Positions 48,641 through 61,470 are shown, counted from the stretch's first letter. The stretch: 64,000 nucleotides of DNA from an uncultured Chloroflexia bacterium (GCA_963837825.1 CAWIOR010000015.1:38241-102240); one strand, 5' to 3'. The notes: a model not told the origin generated them from the letters alone. Made by a program: numbers and translations.

Positions 48641-49965
48641 ATGGACCGCGAGCTGGCGACGTTCGCCGCCGACAACCCCCGCTCGCTCGCCCTCCACGAG
48701 CGGGCCAAGGGCTCGCTCCTCGACGGCGTCCCGATGAACTGGATGGTCAAGTGGGCGGGCGGCTTCCCGCTCTTCGTCGAGTCGGCGAGCGGGGCGCACT
48801 TCCAGGACGTCGACGGCCACGACTACATCGACTTCTGCCTGGGCGACACCGGCGCGATGGCCGGCCACTCCCCCGCCCCGACGGTCGCCGCGGTCGAGCG
48901 CCAGCTCCGGCGCGGGATCACCCTGATGCTGCCGATCGAGGACGCGATCGCCGCCGGCGACGAGCTCCGCCGCCGGTTCGGCCTGCGCTACTGGCAGTTC
49001 ACGATCACGGCGACCGACGCGAACCGGTTCTCGCTCCGGCTGGCCCGCCACATCTCGGGCCGCTCGAAGGTCGTCGTCCACGACCACAACTACCACGGCT
49101 CGGTCGACGAGACGTTCGCCTCGCTCGACGAGGACGGGCCGGGTCGTCCCGAGCCAGGGCAACACCGGGCCGGCCGTCGATCCCGGCCGCAGACGACCCG
49201 GGTCGTGCCGTTCAACGACATCGCCGGCCCTCGAGCGTGCCCTGGCCGACCGCGACGTCGCGGCGGTGCTCATCGAGCCGGCCCTGACCAACGTCGGGAT
49301 CGTCCTGCCCGACCCGGGCTACCACGACGCGGTCCGCCGGCTGACCCGCGAGACCGGGCACGATCCTGATCATCGACGAGACCCACACGATCTGCGCCGG
49401 GCCCGGCGGCGCGACCCGCGCCTGGGGCCTCGACCCGGACATGCTCGTGATCGGCAAGACGATCGGCGGCGGGATCCCGGTCGGGACCTACGGCTTCACC
49501 GAGGAGATCGGCGAGCGGATCTCGTCGAGCATCGCGATCGAGGACTCCGACGTCGGCGGGATCGGCGGGACGCTGGCCGGCTACGCCCTGTCGATGAGCG
49601 CGGTCCGGGCGACCCTGACCGAGGTCATGACCGACGCCGCGTTCGAGCGGATGATCCGGCTCGGCGAGCGCTGGACCGCCGGCGTCGAGGACGTCATCGC
49701 CTCGCGCGGCGTCCCGTGGCACGTCACCCGGCTGGGCTGCCGGGCGGAGTACCACTTCATGCCGACGGTGCCGCGGAACGGCGCCGAGCAGTTCGCGGCC
49801 GGTGACTTCGAGCTCGAGCGATTCCTCCATCTCTACGCGATGAACCGGCGGATCCTGATGACGCCGTTCCACAACATGGCGCTGATGTGCCCGGCGACGA
49901 CCGAGGCCGACGTCGACCGCCACACGGAGGTCTTCGCCGCCGCCGTCGACGAGCTGTTCGGCTGA
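48641..49965 (+). pseudogene. Class III aminotransferase (glutamate-1-semialdehyde-aminomutase-like); at least 3 frame breaks
   Basis: ...HFQDVDGHDYIDFCLGDTGAMAGHSP..., ...LIEPALTNVGIVLP..., ...LVIGKTIGGGIP (PLP lysine)..., and the tail ...ADVDRHTEVFAAAVDELFG. Confidence 0.85.
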
Positions 49966-50071
49966 CGCCGACACGACACGTCCCGGACGCGAGGAGCGTC
50001 TCACTCGCGGCAGCCCAGCCGACGATGCTCGGTCGCGTCCGAGGTCCGCCAGCGCGGACGGGAGGGGCCCG

Positions 50072-53000
50072 ATGAGCGGGTCGCTGAACATCCCCGGGTC
50101 GACCCCCGGGCGGCGCCGCGGCGCCGCGGTCGCGGTCGGCGTCGTCATCGTCGCGGTCGTCGCCGGCGTCCTCGCCACAGGCGGACCGGGGAGTCCGACC
50201 GTCAGTTCGTCGACGAGCCCGGGCGCCAGCCAGGCCGTCGCCTCCTCCACGGCTCCCAACGGGGTGCCGTCCGCCGCTCCGTCCGAGCCACCCGAGCAGG
50301 ACTGGTCGGCCGTCGACCTGCCTCCCTACGCGGCCGTCGCGGACCTTCGCGCCGATCGCGCGGATGCCGCCGGCGTCAGGCTCGACACCGCGTTCACCCT
50401 GGCCAGCCTGACTGGCGCCGATCCGCGGACCATGGCCACACGGCTCGAGACGGACCCCGAGCTCACGCTGGCGGTCGCCGCCGGCCCGACCCCGACGTCG
50501 GTCAGCCTGCGTCCCGGCCGGGCCGCTGGCCGCCGGGCGGACCTACCGGTTCACGCTCCGGGCCGAGGACGGCAGCGTCGCCGGCTCGTGGGCCTTCCAG
50601 TCCCGCGCGCCGCTCCATGTCGTGACCACGCTGCCCGGGGATGCCACGACCGGCGTCCCGATCGACACCGGGATCGAGGTCACCTTCGACCAGGACGGAG
50701 CCGGAGACATGGCGGGCTACTTCTCGATCTCGCCGGCCGTGAGCGGACGGTTCGAGCGGCACGGCCGGACCCAGGTGTTCGTCCCGACCGGGCTGCGTCG
50801 GGCCACCCTGTACACGGTCACGATCCGTCACGGCCTTCCGATCCAGGGCACGGACCTGACCCTCGAGCATGACCTGCGGTTCCGGTTCGAGACGGCCGGC
50901 ACGACGCAGTCGCCGTCCGCCCGCTTCCACGTCGGCCGGGACGTCCTCGAGGCGAGCCCGGCCGACCGTCCGGTCATCGGGCTCCACGGTGGTCCTGCCC
51001 GAGACGACGACGGACAGACGATCAAGCCGCCGACCAAGGTCGACGTGCGCGTGTACCGGTTCCCGTCGCTCGAGGCCACGCTGGCCAGGATGCGCGACTT
51101 CCTCGACGCGCCGAGCTGGACCGAATGCGACCGATCCGAGCGTCCCGACGACCGGGCTGCCGAAGGTCCTGTCGTTCACGGCCTCGCTCCGCGCCATGCC
51201 CGACCACGGCCGATCACGTCATCGTCTTCCCGACCCGCCTCCCCGCGGGCTGGTACCTCGTCGAGGTCGGCAAGGCCGGGCGGAAGGCCCAGGCGTTCCT
51301 CCAGGTGACCGACGTGTCGGCCTGGGTGGCCGTCCTGTCGGATCGGACAGTCGTCTGGGTCAACGACGTCGCGCGCGGCCGGGCGATCCGGGGCGCCGCG
51401 GTCCGGGTCGCCGGCGGGTCTTCGCTCGGCCGGACCGGCTCGAACGGCCTGCTCGTCGCCGGCACGCCGGCCGATCTCGTGCCATCCGCGGCCGAGTCGG
51501 CCGTCTCGCAGGCGGCACTGCCGTCGCCGATCCTGATCGTCCGTGCGCCGAACGGGCACGCCCTCCTCGTCCCGTTCGACACCGACCGGAACGGCGGCAC
51601 CTATCGAGGCGAGTGGTCGAAGGAGCGGTCCCGCCCGGAGCGATGGCTGGTGGTCGCTCCTGTCGACCGATCGGGCCGTCTACCGGCGCGACGATCAGGT
51701 CGAGGCGTGGGGCTTCCTGCGCCGGCGCATCGACGGCCGGGTCCCGGCCACGGTCGACCTCCGGCTCGTCCTGCCCGTGAACCAGGACCAGGCCGATCCG
51801 GCGGCGGTCGCCCGGACGGCGGCCCAGCCGAGGGCGAGCGGAGCCTACGCGGCATCCCTGGCGCTCGACGGCGTGCCGCTCGGCAGCTACCTGCTCGAGG
51901 CCGGGTCGACGGGCAGGTGGTGTCGCGGACATGGATCGACGTCGGGATCATCCGCAAGCCGGCCTATCGGGTGTCGGTGGTCACCGATCGCCATGTCGTC
52001 ATCGCCGGCCAGACCGTCCAGGTGACGGTCGAGGCCGACTTCTTCGACGGCCAGCCCGTGCCCGCGACGCCCTTCGCGGTGCGGGACGACTACGACGACA
52101 CGACGACGACGACCGCGACGACCGGGGCGGACGGCCGGGCGACGAGCGACTGGAGCCCGAGCCTCGGGGATCAGCCGGAAGGTTCCGACTGGCGCACGGT
52201 GTCGGTGACTCCGGCCCGCCCCGAGGAGGGCGAGATCACCTCGGACGCCGCCGTCCTCGTCTTCCCGAGCGCGCTGAACCTCATGGCCGAGGGGTCCGTG
52301 TCGGGGAGTCGGCTGGTGGTGACCGGGTCGGTCCACGACGTGGATCTCGCCCGGCTCGAGCGGGAGCTGTCGGCGAGTGACGAGCGCTACGGCGACATCG
52401 ACCCGAACGGCCGGCCGGTCGCCGGTGCCACGGTGACCGCGGCGATCACCGAGCTCATCCCCGTCCGGCGCCTGACCGGCTACGACTACGACTCGATCAC
52501 CAAGCGGGTCATCCCGCGCTACGAGTACGACTTCCGGCGCAAGGCGCTGCGGACCGTGACGGTCACGACCCGAGCCGACGGCACCTTCCGACTCTCGGTC
52601 CGGGTGCCGACCGCCGACCACGAGTACGAGGTCGCCCTGACCACCGTCGACAGCGCCGGACGGACCGAGCGGCGGTCGACCACCGCCACCCGCCCGGTGA
52701 AGGAGCAGTCGAGCGACCTGCCGGTCTTCGAATCGATCGTCGGCCCGCGCGAGCGGGACCTCGTGTACCGGATCGGCGAGCCGGTCCGGCTGACCATGAC
52801 CGACGGCGTCAAGCCGCTCCCGACCGGTGGATCGAACCGCTATCTCTATGTCGTCTCGAAGCAGGGCCTCCGCTCGGCGACGGTGACCACCAGCCCCCGG
52901 TTCAGCCGCCGCTTCGCGGCGAGCGACACGCCGGGCATCTTCATCATCGGGGTGCGCTTCACCGGCCGGACGTACGCGTCGAAGGCCGACGCATGGGCGA

Positions 53001-55233
53001 TGTTCGACACGCGGCAGCGGCGCGTCACCGTCGCGCTGACGAGCCGACCGGACGAGCTACCGGCCGGGTGACGTCGCCACGGTCACGGTCCGGACGACGG
53101 ACGAGAAGGGCCGGCCGATCTCGTCGACCGTCACCCTCCGCGCGGTCGACGAGAAGCTGTTCGCGATGGGCGCCGCGCAGGTCATCGACCCGCTCGGCGA
53201 CCTCTACCAGCGGGTCGAGAGCGGGATCGTCCGGCTCACCGCGACCCATCAGCTGCCGACGGGAGTCGGCCCGGAGGGCGAGGGTGGCGCGGCCGGCGGT
53301 GGTGGCGACGGAGGCGGGGTCGAGGCGCGCGACGACTTCCGTGACACGCTCGTCTTCCGCCAGCTCGAGACCGACGCCAGCGGCCGGGCGACGGTCTCGT
53401 TCAAGCTCTCCGACGACCTCACCGCGTGGCACCTCAGCGCCAGCGCCGTGACGCCGTCGCTGAGCGCCGGCGAGGGTCAGCTGATGCTGTCGGTCGGGCT
53501 GCCGTTCTTCGTCGAGGCGACGATCGCCGACGAGTACCTGGCCGCGGACCGGCCGATCATCCGGCTGCGGGCGTTCGGCTCGGCCCTTCACGCCGGCGAC
53601 CCGGTCGTCTTCACCGTGGCCGCGCCGTCGCTGGGCCTGGCGCCCACCCGGTTCTCCGGCAGCGCGTTCAAGGACGTCTCGGTGCCGCTGCCGACCCTGT
53701 CGGTCGGGAGGCAGACGATCACGATCGATGCGAGCGCGACCGCGCAGGGCGGCGCGCCGCTGGCGGACCGGCTGGTCCGGACGTTCGGCGTGGTCCGCTC
53801 GAGGTCGACCGCGGCCTCGGTCGCCTCTGCGACATTGACCGCGGACCTCCGTCCGCCGGGCGGTCCCGATCTCACCACCTACACGTTCAGCGACGCCGGT
53901 CGGGGGCGGTTCATCGCGCTGCTCCAGGAACTGGCGGCCGGCGAGGGCGCCCGGGTCGACCAGGCGCTCGCCCGGGCGATCGCCCGCGACCTCCTCAGTC
54001 GCCGAGTTCGGATACGACCCGACGACCCTGCCGCCGGCGACGTTCGACCCGGCGGTCTACCCGATCGGACGGCAGGAGAACGACGAGGGCGACCTGATCA
54101 CGGCCGGCATCCCGCTCGTGCCGTACGGCGGTCCCGATGCCGAGCTGACGGCGAAGGTCGCGCTCGTCGCGCCCGACCGGTTCGACCAGTCGACCTGCGG
54201 GATGCGCTGGTCACGGTCCGCGACCTGCCGACGACCACGCGCGAGCTCCGGCTGGCGATCCTCGCCGGGCTGGCCGGTCTCGGCGAGCCGGTGCTCGCGG
54301 ACCTGCGCAGCGCTTGCGACCGCCACCGACCTGACGATCCGCGAGCGGATCGACCTCGCGCTCGGCTTCCAGGCCGCCGGGGACGACGCCGCGGCCCTGG
54401 CCATCGAGCGCGACCTGCTGGCGCAGCACGGCCAGCGGCTCGGCTCGTGGACGCGGCTGCGCGTCGGCACGAACCTCGACGACACCGTCGCGGCGACCGC
54501 CGACCTGGCGCTCGTCGCGGCCGGGATCGGCGATCCGGTCGCCGTCGTCGCTGGAGGCGTACGTCGACGCCAACCCGGCCCACGACACGCTCCACGTGCT
54601 CGACCAGATCGGCTACGTCGAGCGCGCCCTCGCGCGGACGCCGTCCGCCGCGGCCAGCTTCGCCTACACCGTCGACGGGCACCGGAGCGTCGTCGACCTC
54701 CGACCCGGCCAGGCGTTCACGATCGCGCTGACGGCGAGCCAGCGCGAGGGGCTCCAGCTGGAACCGTTGAGCGGGCAGGTCGCGCTGACCGCGAGCTGGA
54801 CCGAGCCGGTCGACATCGGATCGCTGACCGTCGATCCCGCGCTCAAGCTGACCCGGACGGTCACGCCGGCCGGCACGATCCCGCCCGACGGGCTCGTGGT
54901 CGTCGACCTGACGCCGACCTTCGGGATCCTGGCCGTCCACGGCTGCTACCAGGTCGTCGACCTCGTCCCGTCCGGCCTCGCCCCGGTTGCCCGGACGGAC
55001 GGCTGGGTCGGCGACGACGGGACGATCGGTCCGTACAGCATCGTCGGCCAGCGGGTCGAGTTCTGCGCCTCGAACGACCCGACCGCGACCCGCGTGACGA
55101 GGATGCGCTACCTGGCCCGGATCGTGACCCCCGGGCGAGTACGCCTGGGAGCCGGCCGTCGATCCAGCTGCCCGACGCGCCCGAGGCGGCGGCGTTCACC
55201 CCGCCGACCCGGGTGACGATCGCGGATCGGTAG
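50072..55233 (+). pseudogene. Membrane-anchored alpha-2-macroglobulin/MG-domain family giant protein (about 1700 codons; 10 or more frame breaks)
   Basis: N-terminal anchor, repeated Ig/MG-like beta segments (...YRVSVVTDRHVVIAGQTVQVTVEADFFDGQPV..., ...ATVTVRTTDEKGRPISSTVTLRAVDEKLF...) and DDFRDTLVFRQLETDASGRATVSFKLSDDLTAWHLSA, which is typical of bacterial A2M. Confidence 0.7.
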
Positions 55234-55289
55234 GGCCGCCTCCGAACGCGGTACCGTACGAGCGGTCCGCTCAGCGAGGAGGCGATCGC

Positions 55290-55670
55290 ATGCCCAAGTC
55301 CGTTCCGGTCCTGCCCGGCATCCAGCCGTCGAAGTCGACCTACAGCCAGGTCGTCGAGGCGAACGGGTTCGTGTTCGTCGCCGGGCAGGTCGGCGACGAC
55401 CCCGCCACCCACGACGTCGTGACGGGTGGGATCGAGGCCGAGACCCGGGCGATGTTCGCCAACGTCGAGCGCTGCCTGACGGCCGTCGGCCTGGGGCTGG
55501 GCGACATCGTGAGGTCGACGGTCTACCTCGTCGACATGGCCGACTGGGCGGCCTACAACGAGGTCTTCCGCGAGCTCTTCCCGAAGGACCCGCCGACCCG
55601 GGCGACGGTCGCGGTGGCCGGCCTCGTGCCGCCGTATCGGATCGAGGTCGAGGTCGTCGCGGCGCGCTGA
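55290..55670 (+). CDS. ridA: RidA/YjgF-family reactive-intermediate deaminase
   Basis: ...YSQVVEANGFVFVAGQVG...TRATVAVAGLVPPYRIEVEVVA. GAGGAGG lies upstream of the ATG. The frame is intact. Confidence 0.9.
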   Translation: MPKSVPVLPGIQPSKSTYSQVVEANGFVFVAGQVGDDPATHDVVTGGIEAETRAMFANVERCLTAVGLGLGDIVRSTVYLVDMADWAAYNEVFRELFPKDPPTRATVAVAGLVPPYRIEVEVVAAR

Positions 55671-55741
55671 GACCCGTGACGGACGAGCTGACACACGGAG
55701 TGGCTAGGCTGGGCTCGTCCAGCTGAGCGCAGTGGGGGCCG

Positions 55742-58700
55742 ATGCAGAAGCATCGCGACGGCACGGTCGTGGTCAGCGCCACGGACCTGGTCGGCTTCCT
55801 CGCCTGCGACCACCTCGCCACGCTCGAGCTGGAGCGGATCGCCGGGCTGCGCGAGAAGCCCGAGCGCTACGACCCCGAGCTCGAGCTCCTCCAGGAGCGT
55901 GGCGACCGTCACGAGCACGACCACCTCGAGCGGTTGCGCGCGGCGGGGCGGACGATCGTGGAGATCCCGCCCGAGCTGCGCTCGGCCCGCACGCCGGACG
56001 AGCTGCGGGCCGCGGCGACGGCGACCCGAGCGGCGATGGAGCGGCGGCGCCGACGTCGTCTTCCAGGCGACCTTCTTCGACGGTCGCTGGCGTGGCCACG
56101 CCGACTTCCTGATCCGGGCCGAACGTCCGAGCCGACTGGGTGCCTGGAGCTACGACGTCGCCGACACGAAGCTCGCCCGCCACGTCAAGGCGAGCGCGCT
56201 CATCCAGATGTGCGTCTACGCCGACCTGCTCGTCGAGGTCCAGGGGGCGCCGCCCGGAAACCCTCACCGTCGTCACCGGCGACGGCGGTGGCCACGACTA
56301 CCGCTTCGCCGACTTCGCCGCCTTCCACCGCCTGGTCAAGGCCCGCTTCGAGGCCCGCGTGTTCGGCGACTCGGCCGCGCCGGCGACCTACCCCGACCCG
56401 GTCGACCACTGCCGCGTCTGCGGCTGGTGGCTCGACCTGCGTGGCCCGCCGCGAGGCGGACGACCACCTGTCGCTCGTCGCGGGGATGACCCGGACGGCC
56501 ACCGAGCGACTCGTCGACGGCGGGATCCGCACGCTGGCACGGCTCGGCGAGACGGCGCCCGTGGGTCCCGCGTCCCGGACATGAGCCTCGGCGACCTTCG
56601 ATCGGCTCCGTGGCCAGGCGGCCCTCCAGCTGGCCGGCCGGCAGGCCGGCGAGCTGCTCTACGAGCTCCTGCCGCCCGACCCGGACCGACCGCTCCACGG
56701 CCTGGCCGCCCTGCCCGCGCCGTCGCCGCTCGACGTCTTCTTCGACATCGAGGCGGACCCGTGGATCGGCGACGCCGGGCTCGAGTACCTCCTCGGCTGG
56801 TCGGAGGTCGCCGACGGGACGGACCGCTACCACCCGATCTGGGCGCACGATCGCGACGCGGAGAAGGCCGCCTTCGAGCGCGTTCGTCGACGAGGTCATC
56901 GCCCGGCTCGATCGCGACCCGGCGATGCACGTCTACCACTACGCCGCGTACGAGAAGACCGCCCTCCGCCGCCTCATGAGCCGCTATGCGACCCGCGAGG
57001 ACGAGATCGACCGGATCCTCCGGGCGGGCGTCCTCGTCGACCTCTACCAGGTCGTCCGCCAGGGCCTGCGCGCCTCGGTCGACTCGTACTCGATCAAGCG
57101 GATCGAGCGGTTCTACCTCGCCGAGCGCGAGGGGCCGATCACCCGGGCCGGGTTCAGCGTCGTCGAGTACGAGCGCTGGCTCGGCGACCACGACCCGCAG
57201 CACCTGCGCGACCTGGCCGACTACAACCGCGACGACTGCCTCTCGACGCGCGGCCTGCGCGACTGGCTGGAGGCCCGCCGCACTGAGGCGGAGGCCAGGT
57301 TCGGGGTCGCCTTCGAGCGGCCGCCGATCGGGCTCGGGCCTGCCCACGCGAGGCGCAGGTCGCGGCATCGGCCGAGGAGACCCAGCGGCGGATCGCCGCC
57401 CTGACCGCCGGGGCGACCGTCGACCCGGCGCGGCGGACGGACGACGAGGCGGCCCGCTGGCTGCTGGCCGCCCTGCTCGACTGGCATCGGCGCGACGCCC
57501 GCCAGGCCTGGTGGGACTACTTCCGGCTGCGCGAGCTGCCGCTCGACGACCTCATCGGCGGAGACCGAGCCGCTCGGCGGGCTCGTCTACGACCGGGTCG
57601 TCGGCGAGGAGAAGCAGTCGCTCATCCACCGACTCACGTTCCCGCCCCAGGACCACAAGGTGACCCGGGGCGCCGACGGCTGGGAGGACGAGGCGGGCCG
57701 CGGGGTCACGATCCACGACGATCGACGACGAGCACGGCGTGCTCCTGATCAAGCGCTCGCCGAGGAAGCGCGGCAGCTCCACCGCCGCAGGCGCTGCTCA
57801 AGGGCCAGCCGATCGACGCGCGGGCCCTCGCGTCGCGCGCTCGGCCGGGTCGCCGACGCGGTGATCGAGGACGGACTCGACGGCCGCGGGCCGTACCGGG
57901 CGATCCGCGACCTGCTCCTCCGGCGGCCGCCCGCTTCGACGGCGTCGCCGAGGGCTCGGCGCTGGTCGAGCCGGGCGAGTCGACGCTCGACGCCGCCCGC
58001 CGGCTGGCGCTCGCGCTGCCCGGCGTCGGAGACCGTGCTGGCGATCCAGGGGCCGCCCGGGCACCGGCAAGACCTGGACCGGGGCGCGGATGATCGTCGA
58101 GCTGGTCCGGGCCGGTCACCGGGTCGGCGTCTCGGCCCAGGCCCACAAGGCGATCACGAACCTCCTCGTGGAGACCGTCATGGCCGCCCGCGAGGCCAGG
58201 CGTGCCGATCCGGGCGCTCCAGCGGATCGACGGCGGGCGAGGGCGCCGGACACCTGGCCGAGGTGAGCGAGGCGTCGAACGCCGACGATCGCCGAGGCGG
58301 TCGCCGCCGGGACCGTCGACGTCGTCGCCGGGACGAGCTGGCTGTTCGCCCGTCCCGGAGCTCGATCGGACGCTCGACGTCCTGTTCGTCGACGAGGCCG
58401 GCCAGCAGTCGCTGGCGAACGCGGTGGCCGGCGCGACCGCCGCCCGCTCGATCGTCCTGCTCGGCGACCCGAACCAGCTGCCCCAGGTCAGCCAGGGCGT
58501 CCACCCCGACGGCGCCGGGGCGTCGGCCCTCGAGCACGTCCTGGGCGCGGACCGGACGCTGCCGCCGGAGCGCGGCCTGTTCCTGCCGGTCACGTTCCGG
58601 ATGCATCCCGCGGGTCAACGCGTTCGTGTCGGAGCTGTTCTACGACGAGCGCCTCGAGACCGACCCGCCCAATGCCGTCCAGGCGATCGGCGGGATCGGG

Positions 58701-59222
58701 GCCGGGATCGACTACCGCCCGGTCGTCCACGCCGGCGACGGCTCGCGCTCGACCCTCGAGGCGGCCGAGGTCGCCGACCTCGTCGCCAGCCTCATCGGCC
58801 GGCCGTGGACGGACAAGCACGGGATCACCCGCCCGCTGACCGCCGCCGACATCCTGGTCGTCGCGCCGTACAACGCCCACGTCGCCGAGATCCACGCGGC
58901 GATCGAGCGCCGGCTCGGCGGCCGGGTCCGGGTCGGCACGGTCGACAAGTTCCAGGGCCAGGAGGCGCCGGTGTCGATCTTCTCGACCGCGACCTCGAGC
59001 CCCGACGAGCTGCCGCGCGACATGGAGTTCCTCTACTCGGGCAACCGCCTCAACGTCGCGGTCTCGCGGGCGCGCGGGCTGGCGATCGTCGTGTCGAGCC
59101 CCGACCTCCTGACGGTCGCCTGCCGGACCGCCGAGCAGATGAAGCTCGTCAACGCGTTCTGCCGGCTCGTCGAGGTCGCCGCCGAGCAGGCGGTCGGGGA
59201 GGCGGCCATCGGCCCGGGCTGA
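55742..59222 (+). pseudogene. Fusion of a RecB/Cas4-like Fe-S nuclease (TM0106-type), an RNase-H-like exonuclease-fold region and an SF1B (Dna2/Upf1-like) helicase; 10 or more frame breaks
   Basis: SATDLVGFLACDHL, YDVADTKLARH...QMCVYADLL, CRVCGWW..TC (56410-56440), FFDIEADPW...YHYAAYEKTAL...YNRDDC, GPPG(T)GKT, LFVDEAGQ, LLGDPNQLPQV and VGTVDKFQGQEAPV...NRLNVAVSRAR. Confidence 0.8.
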
Positions 59223-59294
59223 CGTCGGCGCGATCGGGCGGGGCTGCCGTCGCCCGCCGGGACCGGTCCGGGTGCCGTCGGCGCGGACCCGGGC

Positions 59295-60580
59295 TCAGGG
59301 GGTCCCGAGCTCATCGACGATCCAGGCCGCGAGGACCCGGGCGCACGCCTCGACCTCGGCGAGCGGGACCCGCTCGTCGGCGCTGTGGGCCACCCGCACG
59401 TCGCCCGGCCCGAAGATCACGGTCGGCGTCCGGCCCTCGTTGACGAGCAGGCGCATGTCGGCGCCGTACGGCTCGCCGAGCAGCGCCGGGCTGCCGGCCC
59501 GTGACGGCCTCGACGGCCCGGGCCAGCCCGACCGGGAGCGCGATGGTCCGACGGCACCCGGGCCGAGCCGAACCGGCCGCCGACGAACTCGACGCGTCGC
59601 CGGGTGGTCGCGCAGGAACGTGTCCGCCGCGCAGGCGGCTGCGATGCAGGCCCGGAGCTCCGCCTCCGCCTCCGCCGGCGTCTGGCCGAGCCGGACGCCG
59701 TAGCGGCCGTCGGCCACGATCCGGTCGATGACCGTCGACGCCCACTCGCCGCCGCGGACGATCCCGATGATCGTCGGATAGGGCATCCCGAGGGCGGTCA
59801 TCAGCGGATCGGTCTCCGACGGCGTTCCGGCGCGCCTCGTCGGCCTCGAGCGCGCGGGCGAGGACCCACAGCTTGTCGAGCGCCGAGACGCCCTCGCGGC
59901 GCTGCGAGGCATGGGCCGCCCGGCCCGGGACGGTCAGCCGGAACGTCAGCGCGCCGGCGTGGGCGACGACGACGTCGAGGTTCGACGGCTCGGTGATCAC
60001 GGCCAGGTCGCCGGTCACGCCGGCCCGGATCGCCGCGAGCATCCCCTGGCCGCCGTCCTCCTCGGACGGGACGAACGCGACGAGGACCTCGCCGGTCAGG
60101 CTCGTCCGCGGCACCCGACGCCGCCACGGCCCGGACCGCCCCGAGGATCGCGGCGACGCCGCCCTTCATGTCGCAGGCGCCGCGGCCGTACAGCTCGCCG
60201 TCGCGGACCTCGCCCGCCCACGGGTCGACCGTCCACGTGCGCGGGCTCGCCCGGGCGGCACGACGTCGGTGTGGCCGACGAGGACGATCCGCCGCCCGCC
60301 CGGCTCGCCGAGCCGGCCGACCACGATCGGCAGGGTCGAGTCCGCGGCATCTCCTCGCCCGGCCAGTCGGGGTCGGCGCGGACCGTCGGCCGGCTCGGGC
60401 TCGAGCAGCTCGACGTCGACGCCGGGGATCGCCGCCGAGCGGCGGCCGCGAGCCAGTCGGCGACGGCGTCCTCCGAGCCGGTCACGCTCGGGATCCGGAC
60501 GAGCGCCCGGAGGTCCTCGACGAGGCGGGCCGGGTCGACGGCGGCGGCCGCCCGTCCGACCGCCGGCGTGGCGGGATCGG
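59295..60580 (-). pseudogene. M20-family metallopeptidase (ArgE/DapE-like); at least 5 frame breaks, start approximate
   Basis: ...LVRIPSVTGSE..., ...LVGHTDVVP..., ...YGRGACDMKGGVAA..., ...VPSEEDGGQG..., ...GPGDVRVAHSADERVPL... are spread over the frames. Confidence 0.75.
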
Positions 60581-60583
60581 CGC

Positions 60584-61470
60584 TCAGCTCGACGTCTCGC
60601 GCAGGATCGGCCGGGTCAGGCAGGTCGGGCCGCCCGAGCCGTTGATCCCGATCTCGGTCGCCGCGTAGGTGTGGACCTCGCAGCCGGCCGCGGCCAGCGC
60701 GGCGGCGGTCCGCGGGTTGCCCTCGGCCATGATCACGACCCCTGGCTCGACCGCCAGGACGTTGCAGCCGAGGGTCGGGAACTCCTCGTCGGGGACGGCG
60801 ATCGTCTCGATCGCCGAGGTCGCCGAGGAGCTCCCACAACCCGATCGGCAGGAGCGGCAGGTAGACGACCGCGAGGTCGTCGGCGACCGGCGACACGACC
60901 GACAGGAGGTGGACGAGCTCGGCCGGGCCCTTCCAGTACGGGAGGTCGAAGATGCGGACGTCGCCCTGGACGATCGCGTCGAGCTGGCGGGCGCCCTCGG
61001 CGTTCGTCCGGAGGGTCCGGCCGATGCACAGCAGGTCCGGCCGCAGCCAGAACGTGTCGCCGCCCTCGATCGTGCCGGGCGCCTCGATCCGGGCCGACGG
61101 TCGGGACGCCCCGGGCGTTCAGCCAGGCCTCGACGAGGAGCTCCTCGCCCTGTCGGTTCGGCTTGCCCGGCCGGAGCGGGATCGCGCCCCGGTCGGACAC
61201 GAGGAGCGGGTCGAACTGGTAGACGAGGTCGGGCGAGTCGCTCTCGGCGTCGAGCTCGTGGACCGTCGGGCCGAGGCCGGCCAGGAGCTCGGTGAACGCG
61301 TCGTGCTCGCGCCGGGCGACGTCGAGGTCGACCGGATGGAGGAAGCCGTGGGCCGGGTCGTCGAACGCCCGGCCGAAGGCCGGCCCGGGCCGCTTGACCA
61401 GGACGTCGCGGAGCGGGGCGGTCATGCTCTGGGCGCCGAACGCTCCGATGACCTCGGTCGTCGTCTGCAT
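60584..61470 (-). pseudogene. Amidinotransferase-fold enzyme (dimethylarginine dimethylaminohydrolase/arginine-deiminase-like); at least 3 frame breaks
   Basis: MQTTTEVIGAFGAQSMTAPLRDVLV..., ...EGGDTFWL... (reconstructed), and the C-terminus ...GCNVLAVEPGVVIM...GINGSGGPTCLTRPILR with the catalytic Cys context. Confidence 0.75.

Noticed and set aside
59223-59294. Possible bidirectional terminator between the nuclease-helicase gene and the M20 peptidase gene (GGACCGGTCC palindrome and GGCGGG...CCCGCC)
   Set aside because: The stems are only 5-6 bp with poor loops and no U-tract, which is not distinguishable from background GC-rich self-complementarity.
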